From NCBI GenBank assembly GCA_040756415.1, contig JBFLYZ010000013.1, positions 3,768-67,767 of the forward strand: a stretch of DNA of 64,000 nt. Direction: 5' to 3'. Origin of the DNA: Bacteroidota bacterium (GTDB lineage Bacteria > Bacteroidota > Bacteroidia > JADZBD01). Under the pieces are notes generated by a model that saw only the letters and a list, made by a program, of their open reading frames with translations, ran no database searches and had not been told where the DNA came from. The translations under genes and the position numbers were made by a program. Shown here in pieces: positions 45,624-54,223 of the stretch (within the stretch, counting starts at the first letter, position 1; each line of letters opens with the position of its first letter).

Positions 45624-46304
45624 TTACCAGTCTTTATCGCGGGAAGAGCCTCCGCTGCCTCCCTGGTTCTTTTTGATCTTCTCTTTGGTCTTTTTTTCCT
45701 CGTTGTTCAATGCATCAAGTATGCGCTGGGCGTCTTCCTTGCTCATGCCCTGTTGCTGCTGTTGCTGCTGATCCTGCTGCCCCTGGTTCTGCTGGTTCTG
45801 CCCCTGGTTCTGGTTTTGGTTCTGATTATTCTGTCCCTGCTGTTGCTGCTGCTGTTGCTGTTGTTGTTGCTGCTGCTGCTTCAGCTTTTTCTTGGCATAG
45901 GCCAGGTTGTAACGCGCGTCCTCATCATTGGGGTTGAGCTTCAGCGATCTCTTGTACGACTCTATGCTTTCCGCGTATTTGTTCTGTTTGAGATAACAGT
46001 TGCCCTCATTGTAATACGATCCGGAGCGCAGGAGGTCATCGTTACGGGTATCGTCACCCACCTGCTTGAAATACTGTGCAGCCTCCTCCACTTTATCCTG
46101 CTTGTACAGGGCATCGCCCAGGTTGAACCTGGCCTTCACCGAGCTGGAGTCGATCTTGAGCCCCTGGCGGTACAGGGTATCGGCCATACGGTAGTCTTTC
46201 TTCTTATAATACGCGTTACCCTCCCTGAGGCTTTTGTGCAGGGTTTGCGATTGGGCCAGCAGGGCCCAAAGCAGAAAGGTCATGACTGCGATCTTTTTTT
46301 CCAT
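45624..46304 (-). CDS. batC: BatC-like TPR protein with internal Gln/Asn-rich tract
   Basis: 226 aa. It has a signal peptide, TPR repeats (GNAYYKKKDYRMADTLY, LGDALYKQDKVEEAAQYF, EGNCYLKQNKYAESIESY) and then a Q/N-rich tract of about 40 residues. Its position between batB and batD supports the call. Confidence 0.75.
   Translation of the reverse strand: MEKKIAVMTFLLWALLAQSQTLHKSLREGNAYYKKKDYRMADTLYRQGLKIDSSSVKARFNLGDALYKQDKVEEAAQYFKQVGDDTRNDDLLRSGSYYNEGNCYLKQNKYAESIESYKRSLKLNPNDEDARYNLAYAKKKLKQQQQQQQQQQQQQQGQNNQNQNQNQGQNQQNQGQQDQQQQQQQGMSKEDAQRILDALNNEEKKTKEKIKKNQGGSGGSSRDKDW
45750..45885 (-). repeat. Coding CAG/CAA (Gln) microsatellite-like tract
   Basis: The plus strand reads ctgttgctgctgttgctgctg...ctgctgttgctgctgctgttgctgttgttgttgctgctgctg. 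It translates to Q13-GQNNQNQNQNQGQNQQNQGQQDQ7 inside batC. Confidence 0.85.
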
Positions 46305-47323
46305 GTGAGCAGTTTTTGAATATAAGGACTTACGGTATCGGTCATCAGCAGTTCAAGGGTAAGCAAAATCAGGGCCCAGAGTAGGAACACCTGGAAGCGG
46401 TCGATGTACTCGCTGTACGATTTTACCGTGCTTTCTTGCTGGTCCATGCTGCGTACGCGGCTCATGATGGTGTTAAGCCCGCTTTCGGAATTAGTGGCCC
46501 GGGTGTAGGTGCCTTTCCCCGCAGCGCTGATGTTTTTCAGCAGTCCTTCGTCCAGCTTCGATACGATGGTCTGTCCGTTCTCGTCCTTTTTGAAAACGAT
46601 GTTGCCGTATTCGTCCTCCACCGGGATGGGGGCTCCTTTGGCGGTGGCCATGCCTATGCAATGCACCACGATGCCCTTGCCGGCCGCTTCCTGGGCCGCA
46701 TCCAGGGCGTCCTGGTCATGGGTCTCCCCGTCAGTGATCAGCACAATTACCTTGCTCCCGATGCTGCCCTCCCCGAAGGACCTGGCGGCCATGCGCAGGG
46801 CGGGGCCTATTTCGGTGCCCTGTGCGGATATCAGGTCGGTATCGATGTTATCCACGAACAGCTCGGCCGAACCGTAATCGGTGGTGATGGGCAGTTGCAG
46901 GAAAGGCGTGCCCGCGAACACCACGATCCCCAGCCGGTCACCGTCCAGCTTCCCGGAAAGGTTGACGATGGCCTGCTTGGCGCATTCCAGGCGGTTGGGG
47001 GCGATGTCCTCGGCCTTCATGCTGTTCGAGATATCGAGAACGATCATGATATCGATGCCTTCCTTTTTCTTCTCCACGGTCCGGGTGCCTATGCGCGGGT
47101 TCATGATGCCGATAATGAGCAGTACGATCCCGGTCGTGTAAACGGCAAAGCGGATCACCTGCTTGAGCACCGACCTGCCGGGTATGAGGTGCGCGATCAC
47201 CCCCGCCTCGGCAAAGCGGAAAAGGGCCCTTTTCTTCCATTGCAGGAGCAGGAAAAAGATCACGATCATCACCGGGATGACGATGAAGAGATAGATGTAT
47301 TGCTTGTTTCCGAAATCCGTCAT
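46280..47323 (-). CDS. batB: VWA domain protein BatB
   Basis: 347 aa. It has N-terminal TM helices and a VWA MIDAS segment (DIMIVLDISNSMKAEDIAPNRL). It overlaps batA by 4 nt. Confidence 0.85.
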   Translation of the reverse strand: MTDFGNKQYIYLFIVIPVMIVIFFLLLQWKKRALFRFAEAGVIAHLIPGRSVLKQVIRFAVYTTGIVLLIIGIMNPRIGTRTVEKKKEGIDIMIVLDISNSMKAEDIAPNRLECAKQAIVNLSGKLDGDRLGIVVFAGTPFLQLPITTDYGSAELFVDNIDTDLISAQGTEIGPALRMAARSFGEGSIGSKVIVLITDGETHDQDALDAAQEAAGKGIVVHCIGMATAKGAPIPVEDEYGNIVFKKDENGQTIVSKLDEGLLKNISAAGKGTYTRATNSESGLNTIMSRVRSMDQQESTVKSYSEYIDRFQVFLLWALILLTLELLMTDTVSPYIQKLLTWKKRSQS

Positions 47324-48321
47324 GGTATGCTTCTGAACACGGTGTGTCTTAATAAAAATTCCAGCATCAATATGACCAGCGCGATGATGGCATAAGGCGC
47401 GAAGAGCTCCGTCTTTTTCTGGGAGTTCTGCCCTTCGAAACGGGTCTTTTCCATCTTGCCGATCTCATCATAGATCGCCTTCAGGCTTTTGTTGTCCGTG
47501 GCGCGGAAATACTTGCCGCCAGTCATCTCAGCGATCTTGGTCATGGTTTCCTCATCGATCTCTACCGGAACATAATCGAAAATGTAATCTCCCCCGGGGC
47601 CGATCTGTACGGGCGAGCGGGCCATGCCCATGGTGCCGGCCCCGATGGTGTACACGCGAACATCGAATGTCTTTGCTATCTCGGCAGCAGTAAGCGGTGA
47701 TACGCTGCCCGCGTTGTTCACCCCATCGGTAAGCAGGATCACGATCTTGCTCTTGGCCTTGCTGTCTTTGATGCGGCTCACGGCAGTGGAGAGCCCCAGG
47801 CCGATGGCCGTGCCGGCCTCGATCATGCCCGGCTCCACCTGTTTGAACATGGCCTTGAGCACCGCGTGGTCGGTGGTGAGCGGGCATTGCGTGAAGCTTT
47901 CCCCGCTGAAAATGACCAGGCCCATGCGGTCGTTCGGATGCTGATCGATGAACTCCATGGCCACCTGCTTGGCGGCATCCAGGCGGTTAGGCTTGAGGTC
48001 GGTGGCCAGCATGCTGGCAGAAATGTCGAGCGAAAGCATGATATCCACACCCAGGGTATCGGTCTTTTTCTGGGGGCGGGCCATGGCGCAGATCAGGAAG
48101 GCGAGGGCGATCATGCGCAGCACGAACAGCGAGTGGCGCATGTACTGTTTGGCCGAGGGGGCCACACCCGTAAAATTACGGAGAGAAGAAGTGCGTATGC
48201 CGGTGTCGCGGTTGCGGTAGCTGTTGAAAACATACAAGCCGATCAGGACGGGGAACAGCCAGAAGAGGTTGAGCCATTCCGGTTCGGTAAACTGAAAATA
48301 TTTCGACAATCCTTCGCTCAT
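47320..48321 (-). CDS. batA: VWA domain protein BatA
   Basis: 333 aa. It has N-terminal TM helices, a MIDAS segment (DIMLSLDISASMLATDLKPNRL) and a C-terminal TM helix. There is a 4-nt overlap with the upstream gene. Confidence 0.85.
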   Translation of the reverse strand: MSEGLSKYFQFTEPEWLNLFWLFPVLIGLYVFNSYRNRDTGIRTSSLRNFTGVAPSAKQYMRHSLFVLRMIALAFLICAMARPQKKTDTLGVDIMLSLDISASMLATDLKPNRLDAAKQVAMEFIDQHPNDRMGLVIFSGESFTQCPLTTDHAVLKAMFKQVEPGMIEAGTAIGLGLSTAVSRIKDSKAKSKIVILLTDGVNNAGSVSPLTAAEIAKTFDVRVYTIGAGTMGMARSPVQIGPGGDYIFDYVPVEIDEETMTKIAEMTGGKYFRATDNKSLKAIYDEIGKMEKTRFEGQNSQKKTELFAPYAIIALVILMLEFLLRHTVFRSIP

Positions 48322-49280
48322 CGCTTTTCGTCCTCCTGTTCTCCGGCAACAGGTTTGGGGATATTCGCTTTTACAAATTTAACGGCATCGTCAACCACCA
48401 CTTCGTTCTGCAGGTCTGTCGGGACCTCTTTGGCGAACTTCACCATATCCGTCAGGTGGAGCACGAGGCGCAAAACGTTTTTGCTTTCCCTGCTGATGGA
48501 CAGCTTTTCGACCTCCGTGAGAATGTCATAGGTAGGCATTTCCATGGCGTTTATGCCGAAGCTGCGCTCGAGAAAGGTGCGCACGATCTCGCTTACCCGG
48601 GTATGGTGCTCCTTGGTATCGTCTTTCCCTTTTTTCCACATTTTTTCCTTTTTGAGCTTTTCCAGGGCGTTCAGGGCTATCTCGTGGGCCGGGCGTGAGC
48701 GGTCGGCCAGGGCGTACATCTGTTTTTTATTCTTCAGGTACCTCCTCACCAGGAAGAAGACCAGGGCGGCTGCCGCCAGCCCTGCCGTGATCCATACGTA
48801 CAGGGCCAGGTCCTCGAAGGTGAGCGGTTCATGAATGGGAGGCTTGATGTCCTTGAAATCGGCAGTGGTGTCTACGTCCACCGTCTTCACACGCAGGGGC
48901 AGGGGATTGGTCTCCACGTACTGGTTGGAGTCGTTGTTGAGGATAAACCGGAGGGAGGGGATAAGGTAATTGCCCTCATCAAAGCTGGTGATGACGAAAT
49001 CGCGCGACTGGATGTAATCCACCTTGTTACCCTTGCTGCGTGGCGCGTCAACAAAGCGGCCGGTCTTTACGATCTCTATGCCTTTGATGATCGTATCATT
49101 GAACCGGGGCCATTCGATCTTCAATACATTGGTTCGCTGGTAACGTATCTTGATCCGCAGGGTGGTTTGCTCGCCAATGCGCATCTCGTTCGTGTCGAGC
49201 GTGGCTTCTACATTGATGCCGAGCTGGGCGCCCGCGCTGGTGCCGGTGAACAGGAGGAGTATGAACAGCGCCTTTTTCAT
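48318..49280 (-). CDS. Bat-operon membrane protein (BatD-N-like ectodomain + TM + DUF4381-like cytoplasmic part)
   Basis: 320 aa. It has a signal peptide, a beta-rich ectodomain resembling the BatD N-terminus (INVEATLDTNEMRIGEQTTLRIKI), a TM helix (LALYVWITAGLAAAALVFFLV) and a helical tail. It sits between DUF58 and batA. The DUF4381 call is from memory. Confidence 0.6.
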   Translation of the reverse strand: MKKALFILLLFTGTSAGAQLGINVEATLDTNEMRIGEQTTLRIKIRYQRTNVLKIEWPRFNDTIIKGIEIVKTGRFVDAPRSKGNKVDYIQSRDFVITSFDEGNYLIPSLRFILNNDSNQYVETNPLPLRVKTVDVDTTADFKDIKPPIHEPLTFEDLALYVWITAGLAAAALVFFLVRRYLKNKKQMYALADRSRPAHEIALNALEKLKKEKMWKKGKDDTKEHHTRVSEIVRTFLERSFGINAMEMPTYDILTEVEKLSISRESKNVLRLVLHLTDMVKFAKEVPTDLQNEVVVDDAVKFVKANIPKPVAGEQEDEKR

Positions 49281-50176
49281 CTGCGTGTGCCGCGCCTGCG
49301 GAACAGGTTCAGGAGTATCTTATAATAGTTGTCGTTGGTGCCGATTGAAACGTGATCTATGCCGCAGCGCTTGAACACATCCACGAGCTTGCTTTCGCTG
49401 CGCCTGGCATTCACCGCGTACTGCATGCGCAGGTGGCGGTTAGAGGTGTCTACCCACATCATCTGACCCGTTTCGGCATCGCGCATGCGCACCAGCCCGA
49501 TATCAGGCAGTTCGGCTTCACGCGGGTCGAAAACGCGTATGCCCACCACATCGTGCCTCCGGCTGGCGATGTTCAGCTCGTCCTCAAAGCCGCCCTGGGT
49601 CATGCGCTGGGCAGGGCCGTCAATAAAGTCGGAGATGATGAATGCGATGCTCCTGCGCCTGGAGGTCTGTGAAAAATATTTTACCGCGGCACCAATGTCG
49701 GTGCCCTTTCCTTCGGGCCGGTGGCTTAGCACCTCGTGCACGATATGCAGGATCTGGTGATGACCTTTTTTGGGAGGAATGTAGCGCTCCACTTTTTCTG
49801 AAAAGAGGATAAGCCCGATCTTGTCGTTATTGGTCGTGGCCGAGAAGGCCAGCACCGCGCACAGCTCCGCGATCAGGTCTTTTTTGAGCTGTACGCGCGT
49901 TCCGAAGCTCTCGGAGGCGCTGATATCGACCAGCAGCATGATATTAAGCTCCCTTTCCTCGTGGAACATCTTTACGTAGGGGTGATTGAAGCGCGCGGTC
50001 ACGTTCCAGTCGATGGTGCGTATGTCATCGCCCTGCTGGTATTCGCGCACTTCGGAAAAGGCCATGCCGCGGCCCTTGAAGGCCGAATGGTATTCGCCCG
50101 AAAAGACCTGGTTGGATAAAGCGCGGGTCTTTATCTCGATCTTGCGGACCTTTTTCAGCAGCTCTTTGCTATCCAT
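49277..50176 (-). CDS. DUF58 domain protein (MoxR-associated)
   Basis: 299 aa. It has the classic DUF58 N-terminal region GEYHSAFKGRGMAFSEVREYQQGDDIRTIDWNVTAR and a VWA-like core (NIMLLVDISASE). Confidence 0.85.
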   Translation of the reverse strand: MDSKELLKKVRKIEIKTRALSNQVFSGEYHSAFKGRGMAFSEVREYQQGDDIRTIDWNVTARFNHPYVKMFHEERELNIMLLVDISASESFGTRVQLKKDLIAELCAVLAFSATTNNDKIGLILFSEKVERYIPPKKGHHQILHIVHEVLSHRPEGKGTDIGAAVKYFSQTSRRRSIAFIISDFIDGPAQRMTQGGFEDELNIASRRHDVVGIRVFDPREAELPDIGLVRMRDAETGQMMWVDTSNRHLRMQYAVNARRSESKLVDVFKRCGIDHVSIGTNDNYYKILLNLFRRRGTRR

Positions 50177-50257
50177 ATCAATCGAACAGCGGATAACGGA
50201 TCCCAGCGAATGGCGAATTCCTTAACATTCGTAACCGCAGAGTCCGTTATTCGCAGG

Positions 50258-51241
50258 TTAGGGGATCTCTATCGTATTTAAAATCTCGTTCACGATCATC
50301 TCGCTGGTGATGTTCTCCGCTTCGGCTTCGTAGGTAAGGCCGATGCGGTGGCGCAGCACATCGTGGCATACGGCCCGCACATCTTCCGGTATCACATACC
50401 CCCTGCGTTTGATAAAGGCATAGGCCTTCGAAGCCAGGGCCAGGTTGATGCTGGCGCGCGGTGACCCGCCATAACTGATGAGGGGGGCGAACTTCTGCAG
50501 CTTATAATCGTTCGGGAAACGCGTAGCGAAGACGATATCGAGTATATAATGCTCGATCTTTTCATCCATGTAAATGGTCTTCACCGTTTCACGGGCCTTG
50601 ATGATATCCTCGGGTTTCAGTATGGTCTTCAGGCTTTCGGTGCCCCTGATGTTATTGCGCATAACCCGCTGCTCGTCCTTTTTGCTGGGATAGGTGATGA
50701 CCACTTTCAGCATAAAACGGTCGACCTGCGCCTCGGGCAGCGGATAAGTGCCTTCCTGCTCGATGGGGTTTTGGGTGGCCATGACCAGGAAGGGGTCGGG
50801 CAGCTTATAGGTTTCCTCGCCAATGGTCACCTGCCTTTCCTGCATGGCTTCCAGCAGGGCGCTTTGCACCTTGGCCGGGGCGCGGTTGATCTCATCGGCC
50901 AGCACGAAATTGGCGAAAACGGGCCCTTTGCGTACGGTGAACTCCTCTTTCTTCTGGTTATAGATCATGGTGCCGGTCAGGTCGGCAGGGAGCAGGTCGG
51001 GGGTGAACTGAAGGCGGCTGAACTCGGCATGTATGCACTGGGCCAGCGATTTGATGGCCAGTGTCTTCGCAAGCCCCGGCACGCCTTCGAGCAGGATGTG
51101 GCCATTGCTGAGCAGGCCGATGAGCAAACGGTCGATCATTTCTTTTTGCCCGACAATGACCTTGCCCAGCTCGTTGTGGATGTAGTCTACCAGCGCGCTC
51201 TCCTGCTGAACACGTGTGTTGAGTTCCTGTATATCGTTCAT
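50258..51241 (-). CDS. MoxR family AAA+ ATPase
   Basis: Walker A LLEGVPGLAKT, Walker B FANFVLADEINRA and the MoxR C-terminal lid (GGSPRASINL, VIPEDV). Start is at MNDIQELN; ATG 51280 is an alternative. Confidence 0.9.
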   Translation of the reverse strand: MNDIQELNTRVQQESALVDYIHNELGKVIVGQKEMIDRLLIGLLSNGHILLEGVPGLAKTLAIKSLAQCIHAEFSRLQFTPDLLPADLTGTMIYNQKKEEFTVRKGPVFANFVLADEINRAPAKVQSALLEAMQERQVTIGEETYKLPDPFLVMATQNPIEQEGTYPLPEAQVDRFMLKVVITYPSKKDEQRVMRNNIRGTESLKTILKPEDIIKARETVKTIYMDEKIEHYILDIVFATRFPNDYKLQKFAPLISYGGSPRASINLALASKAYAFIKRRGYVIPEDVRAVCHDVLRHRIGLTYEAEAENITSEMIVNEILNTIEIP

Positions 51242-51383
51242 AAAATAGTGTTTTTGGGCCTCTTTTTCAGAGAGGCTCAAAGTTAACTTTTAAGTCTTAA
51301 CAGGGCAATGGCGGGGTGTTAATATTTGTTAAGGGGAAAAGGGCCGGTGAGGCAATAAGAAGCAAGCAGATAAGCGAAGGCGA

Positions 51384-52727
51384 TTATTTTTTTCCAAACA
51401 GCCGGTCGAAGCTGCGCTCGATGTACTTCTCGCTGGGGAGCAGGGATTCTTGTATGCGTTTGGCGTAATGTATGCTGTCTACCATTTCTTTTTGCTTTTC
51501 TTCAATGATCAGCTTTTGCCTGCTGATCTCCATATGTGCCTGCCGTTTTAGCCGGTAGCCTCTGAAAATGAGTATGGCCAGGAGCAGGACCAGCCCCAGT
51601 CCCGCGCTCACCGCATAGATGATCACCTGCTGCTGCTTCTGCCTGGCTTCGGCCAGTTCGTTCTCTTTCAGCAGCAGGGCCTCTTTTTTCTCGTATTCAT
51701 ACCTGACCTGCTGCTTGTATGTTTCCTTACGGATATTCTCGTTATTAATGCTGTCGCGCATTTTAATGTGCAGCTCGTACATGTTGAACGAATTTTCCCA
51801 GTCCCCCTCCTTCTTATAGATATTGCTCATGAGCAGGGCTGCTTTGCGTATGTTGAGCGGGAAGCCGGCAGCCATGGCCTGGCTGAGGCTCAGTTCAGCG
51901 TATTTGCGTGCCGTGACCATGTCGCCCCGCTCGAAATAGATCTGTCCCAGGTCATGGGCGGTAAAGGAAATGCCTTTTTTGTCCTTGATCTCCTCGCGCA
52001 TGGCCAGGCTTTTCATGAAATAATCCATGGCCTTATCCATTTGCTTTTGAGACTGGTAAATACCGGCCAGGTTATGCAAAGCCGTGGCGATCCCTCTTTT
52101 GTCACCCGTCTGTTGACGAAGGGCGAGGCATTCGTTGAGGTATTCCAGTGCCTTTTCATACTTGCTCTGGTTACGGTATACCTGGCTGATGTTGTTCAGG
52201 CAATAGGCGATGCCGTTCTTGTCGTTGCGCTGGCGGTTGATGGCCAGGCTTTTTTCATAATACTCGAGGGCCAGGGCGGTGTCGCCCTGGTTGGCGTAAA
52301 CAAAGCCAACGTTGTTCAGGCAAACCGAAAGTCCTTCCTTATCGTCCAGTTCTTCGCAAAGCCTGAGGGCGATGAGATAATACTTCAGCGAGCGGCTGAT
52401 ATCGCCCTGGTTGTTGTAGCAGAAGCCAAGGCTGTTGGTAGCCTCGGCAAAAAGCCGCTTATACGTCCGCTGCATTCCGGGGGTCAAGCCGGGCGCGGCC
52501 AGCCCGTGTTCGGCAATACGCGATGCTTCCAGCCAGAGTTTCAGCGCGGAATCCGGCTGGTTGAGGTGAAGAAGCTGTCCCCATTGCATGTAGGCGGTGG
52601 CCCTGGCCGTGTCGTGCCCGCTGGCGATCACTTTTTTCAGCGAGTCGATCGTGTTCTCAGACAAAGAATAAACAACAGGGAGAAGGGCTATGGCCAACAA
52701 GCAGGTCTTGCGCATGGTTTCAAACAT
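51384..52727 (-). CDS. TPR-repeat membrane sensor-like protein ending in a PP2C/SpoIIE lead-in helix but lacking the phosphatase domain
   Basis: 447 aa. It has a signal or anchor sequence, about 7 TPR units (LNNVGFVYANQGDTALALEYYEKSL and similar), a TM helix (VIIYAVSAGLGLVLLLAILIF), a coiled coil, then SIHYAKRIQESLLPSEKYIERSFDRLFGKK and a stop. Confidence 0.8.
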   Translation of the reverse strand: MFETMRKTCLLAIALLPVVYSLSENTIDSLKKVIASGHDTARATAYMQWGQLLHLNQPDSALKLWLEASRIAEHGLAAPGLTPGMQRTYKRLFAEATNSLGFCYNNQGDISRSLKYYLIALRLCEELDDKEGLSVCLNNVGFVYANQGDTALALEYYEKSLAINRQRNDKNGIAYCLNNISQVYRNQSKYEKALEYLNECLALRQQTGDKRGIATALHNLAGIYQSQKQMDKAMDYFMKSLAMREEIKDKKGISFTAHDLGQIYFERGDMVTARKYAELSLSQAMAAGFPLNIRKAALLMSNIYKKEGDWENSFNMYELHIKMRDSINNENIRKETYKQQVRYEYEKKEALLLKENELAEARQKQQQVIIYAVSAGLGLVLLLAILIFRGYRLKRQAHMEISRQKLIIEEKQKEMVDSIHYAKRIQESLLPSEKYIERSFDRLFGKK

Positions 52728-52752
52728 AAGAATAAAACCAGAATGCCCGCCA

Positions 52753-53145
52753 CTATTTAAGGAGGGTGAAATGCCCCAGGGTCTTTATCTCTTTTTCCCG
52801 CTGCTTTCCGGTGAGCTTCCATAAGTAAGTGTCTGCGGGATATTTCTGGTGATCCCAGTCCACGACCGACCCGTTTTTGAGCCCGGTGGTCTCGTAGATA
52901 ATGATTCCCCAGCGGTCGTAGATCCAGAAATGAAAGTCGGTGATCGGGCAGTTGTGGCTGATGATAATTCCATCGTTTACACCGTCACCGTTCGGGGTGA
53001 TGGCATTGGGGACTATGATGAAGCAGGTGTCTTTGGATGTAGTGTCGGCACCTGTTTCGAAGGAATAAGAAGCGGGCTTAACCCGGTAAACGGCTCCGGC
53101 AATGAATGCCAGGAATAGCAGAAAAAGGAACGAAAACAGTTTCAT
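52753..53145 (-). CDS. Minimal T9SS type B (CHU_C) sorting-domain protein, 130 aa
   Basis: Signal peptide MKLFSFLFLLFLAFIAGAVY, a ~25-aa linker, then IVPNAITPNGDGVNDGIII...FWIYDRWGIIIYET...WDHQKYPADTYLWKL, the same domain that ends the three large adhesin genes. Confidence 0.75.
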   Translation of the reverse strand: MKLFSFLFLLFLAFIAGAVYRVKPASYSFETGADTTSKDTCFIIVPNAITPNGDGVNDGIIISHNCPITDFHFWIYDRWGIIIYETTGLKNGSVVDWDHQKYPADTYLWKLTGKQREKEIKTLGHFTLLK

Positions 53146-53219
53146 CGGGCTAATTTATTGAATAAAACACAATGTTGTTATTCTCAGTATCTTCGAAGCG
53201 CAGCAAAACAGTATTTCGT

Positions 53220-53477
53220 ATGAACTTATACGTATCCGCGCTCAACACCTTCATCACCGAGGACGACCTGCGCGCCTTATTCGAAAAGTACGGAAAAGTG
53301 AAATCCGTGCGTATTGCCCGCGATGAGGCCGGCCACAGCCTGTGCTATGGCTTCGTGGAAATGGAAGAAAAGTCGGCCGGTATCAAGGCCCTTTCGCTGA
53401 ATGCCGCATCGCTCAAAGGCAGCGATATCAGGGTGAGCATAGCCAAGGCAAAGAAGAAGTTCGGAAAGCGGTTCTGA
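53220..53477 (+). CDS. RRM-type RNA-binding protein
   Basis: 85 aa from ATG 53220. RNP2-like LYVSAL and RNP1-like CYGFVEM motifs are in RRM spacing, with a basic C-terminal tail. Confidence 0.8.
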   Translation: MNLYVSALNTFITEDDLRALFEKYGKVKSVRIARDEAGHSLCYGFVEMEEKSAGIKALSLNAASLKGSDIRVSIAKAKKKFGKRF

Positions 53478-53497
53478 CCTGTTAAGGGCGTGTGCCT

Positions 53498-54223
53498 ATG
53501 AAAAACCTGTGGAACCGCATATCGGTTATCGGCTATTCCCGCCTGCGCGATGAGCAGGATGCCCGCCAGCTCGGATTATTGAACCGGATCGCCTTCCTTT
53601 CGGCCATTGTCCTGCTTTCTCTTATTCCCGTAGGCATTTATTTCAGGCAAATACTGGTTACGGTTTATGTCTGCATAGGCGTTGTGCTTTGCCTGTGCAC
53701 CCTGTACTTTAACGCCAGGGGGCTTTTCCGTTTCGCCCGGATGTATTACTTCTTTATCTCGCTTGCTTTTATAACCATCGTGGTGCTGATCAACGGTAAG
53801 GACTCGGGCAGCCAGATCACCTTCGTCCTTCTCGGGGCGCTGCACCTGGTGCTGTTCAGGGAATCGAGATACCCGCTGCTGGTCCTGGCCGGGGTTATCG
53901 CGTTGTTTGGCGCAACCTGCTATTGGGTTGAGACCCGAGGCGCCCTGCTCGATGTGATCGAGTACAGCGTTAAGCGAAGCGCTTTTTACATCAATATATT
54001 ATGCAATATCGTGCTTGTGTTCAGCGTAGTGCTGTACTTTAAGAACACGGCAGCGGAATATGAGTCGAAGCTGCTGCAAACGAATGACGAGATCACCCAA
54101 AAGAACAAGGATATTACCGACAGTATACGCTATGCCAGGCGAATCCAGCAATCGTTGCTGCCCAGCGATAACTATATCGAAAAAAATCTGAATCGTCTTA
54201 ACAGATCCGATGAGCATGAATAA
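53498..54223 (+). CDS. Multi-TM (about 6 helices) sensor-like membrane protein ending in the same PP2C/SpoIIE lead-in helix
   Basis: About 241 aa; GTG 53492 is an alternative start. The core is hydrophobic, followed by a short coiled coil and ITDSIRYARRIQQSLLPSDNYIEKNLNRLNRSDEHE, then a stop. Confidence 0.65.
   Translation: MKNLWNRISVIGYSRLRDEQDARQLGLLNRIAFLSAIVLLSLIPVGIYFRQILVTVYVCIGVVLCLCTLYFNARGLFRFARMYYFFISLAFITIVVLINGKDSGSQITFVLLGALHLVLFRESRYPLLVLAGVIALFGATCYWVETRGALLDVIEYSVKRSAFYINILCNIVLVFSVVLYFKNTAAEYESKLLQTNDEITQKNKDITDSIRYARRIQQSLLPSDNYIEKNLNRLNRSDEHE

Noticed and set aside
51257-51277. The hairpin GCCTCT-ttttcag-AGAGGC just upstream of the moxR start was considered as a terminator for the TPR gene.
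   Set aside because: On the transcribed (minus) strand it is not followed by a U-tract, and it lies within 20 nt of the moxR ATG. If anything it is a 5'-UTR structure, and I cannot support that from sequence alone.
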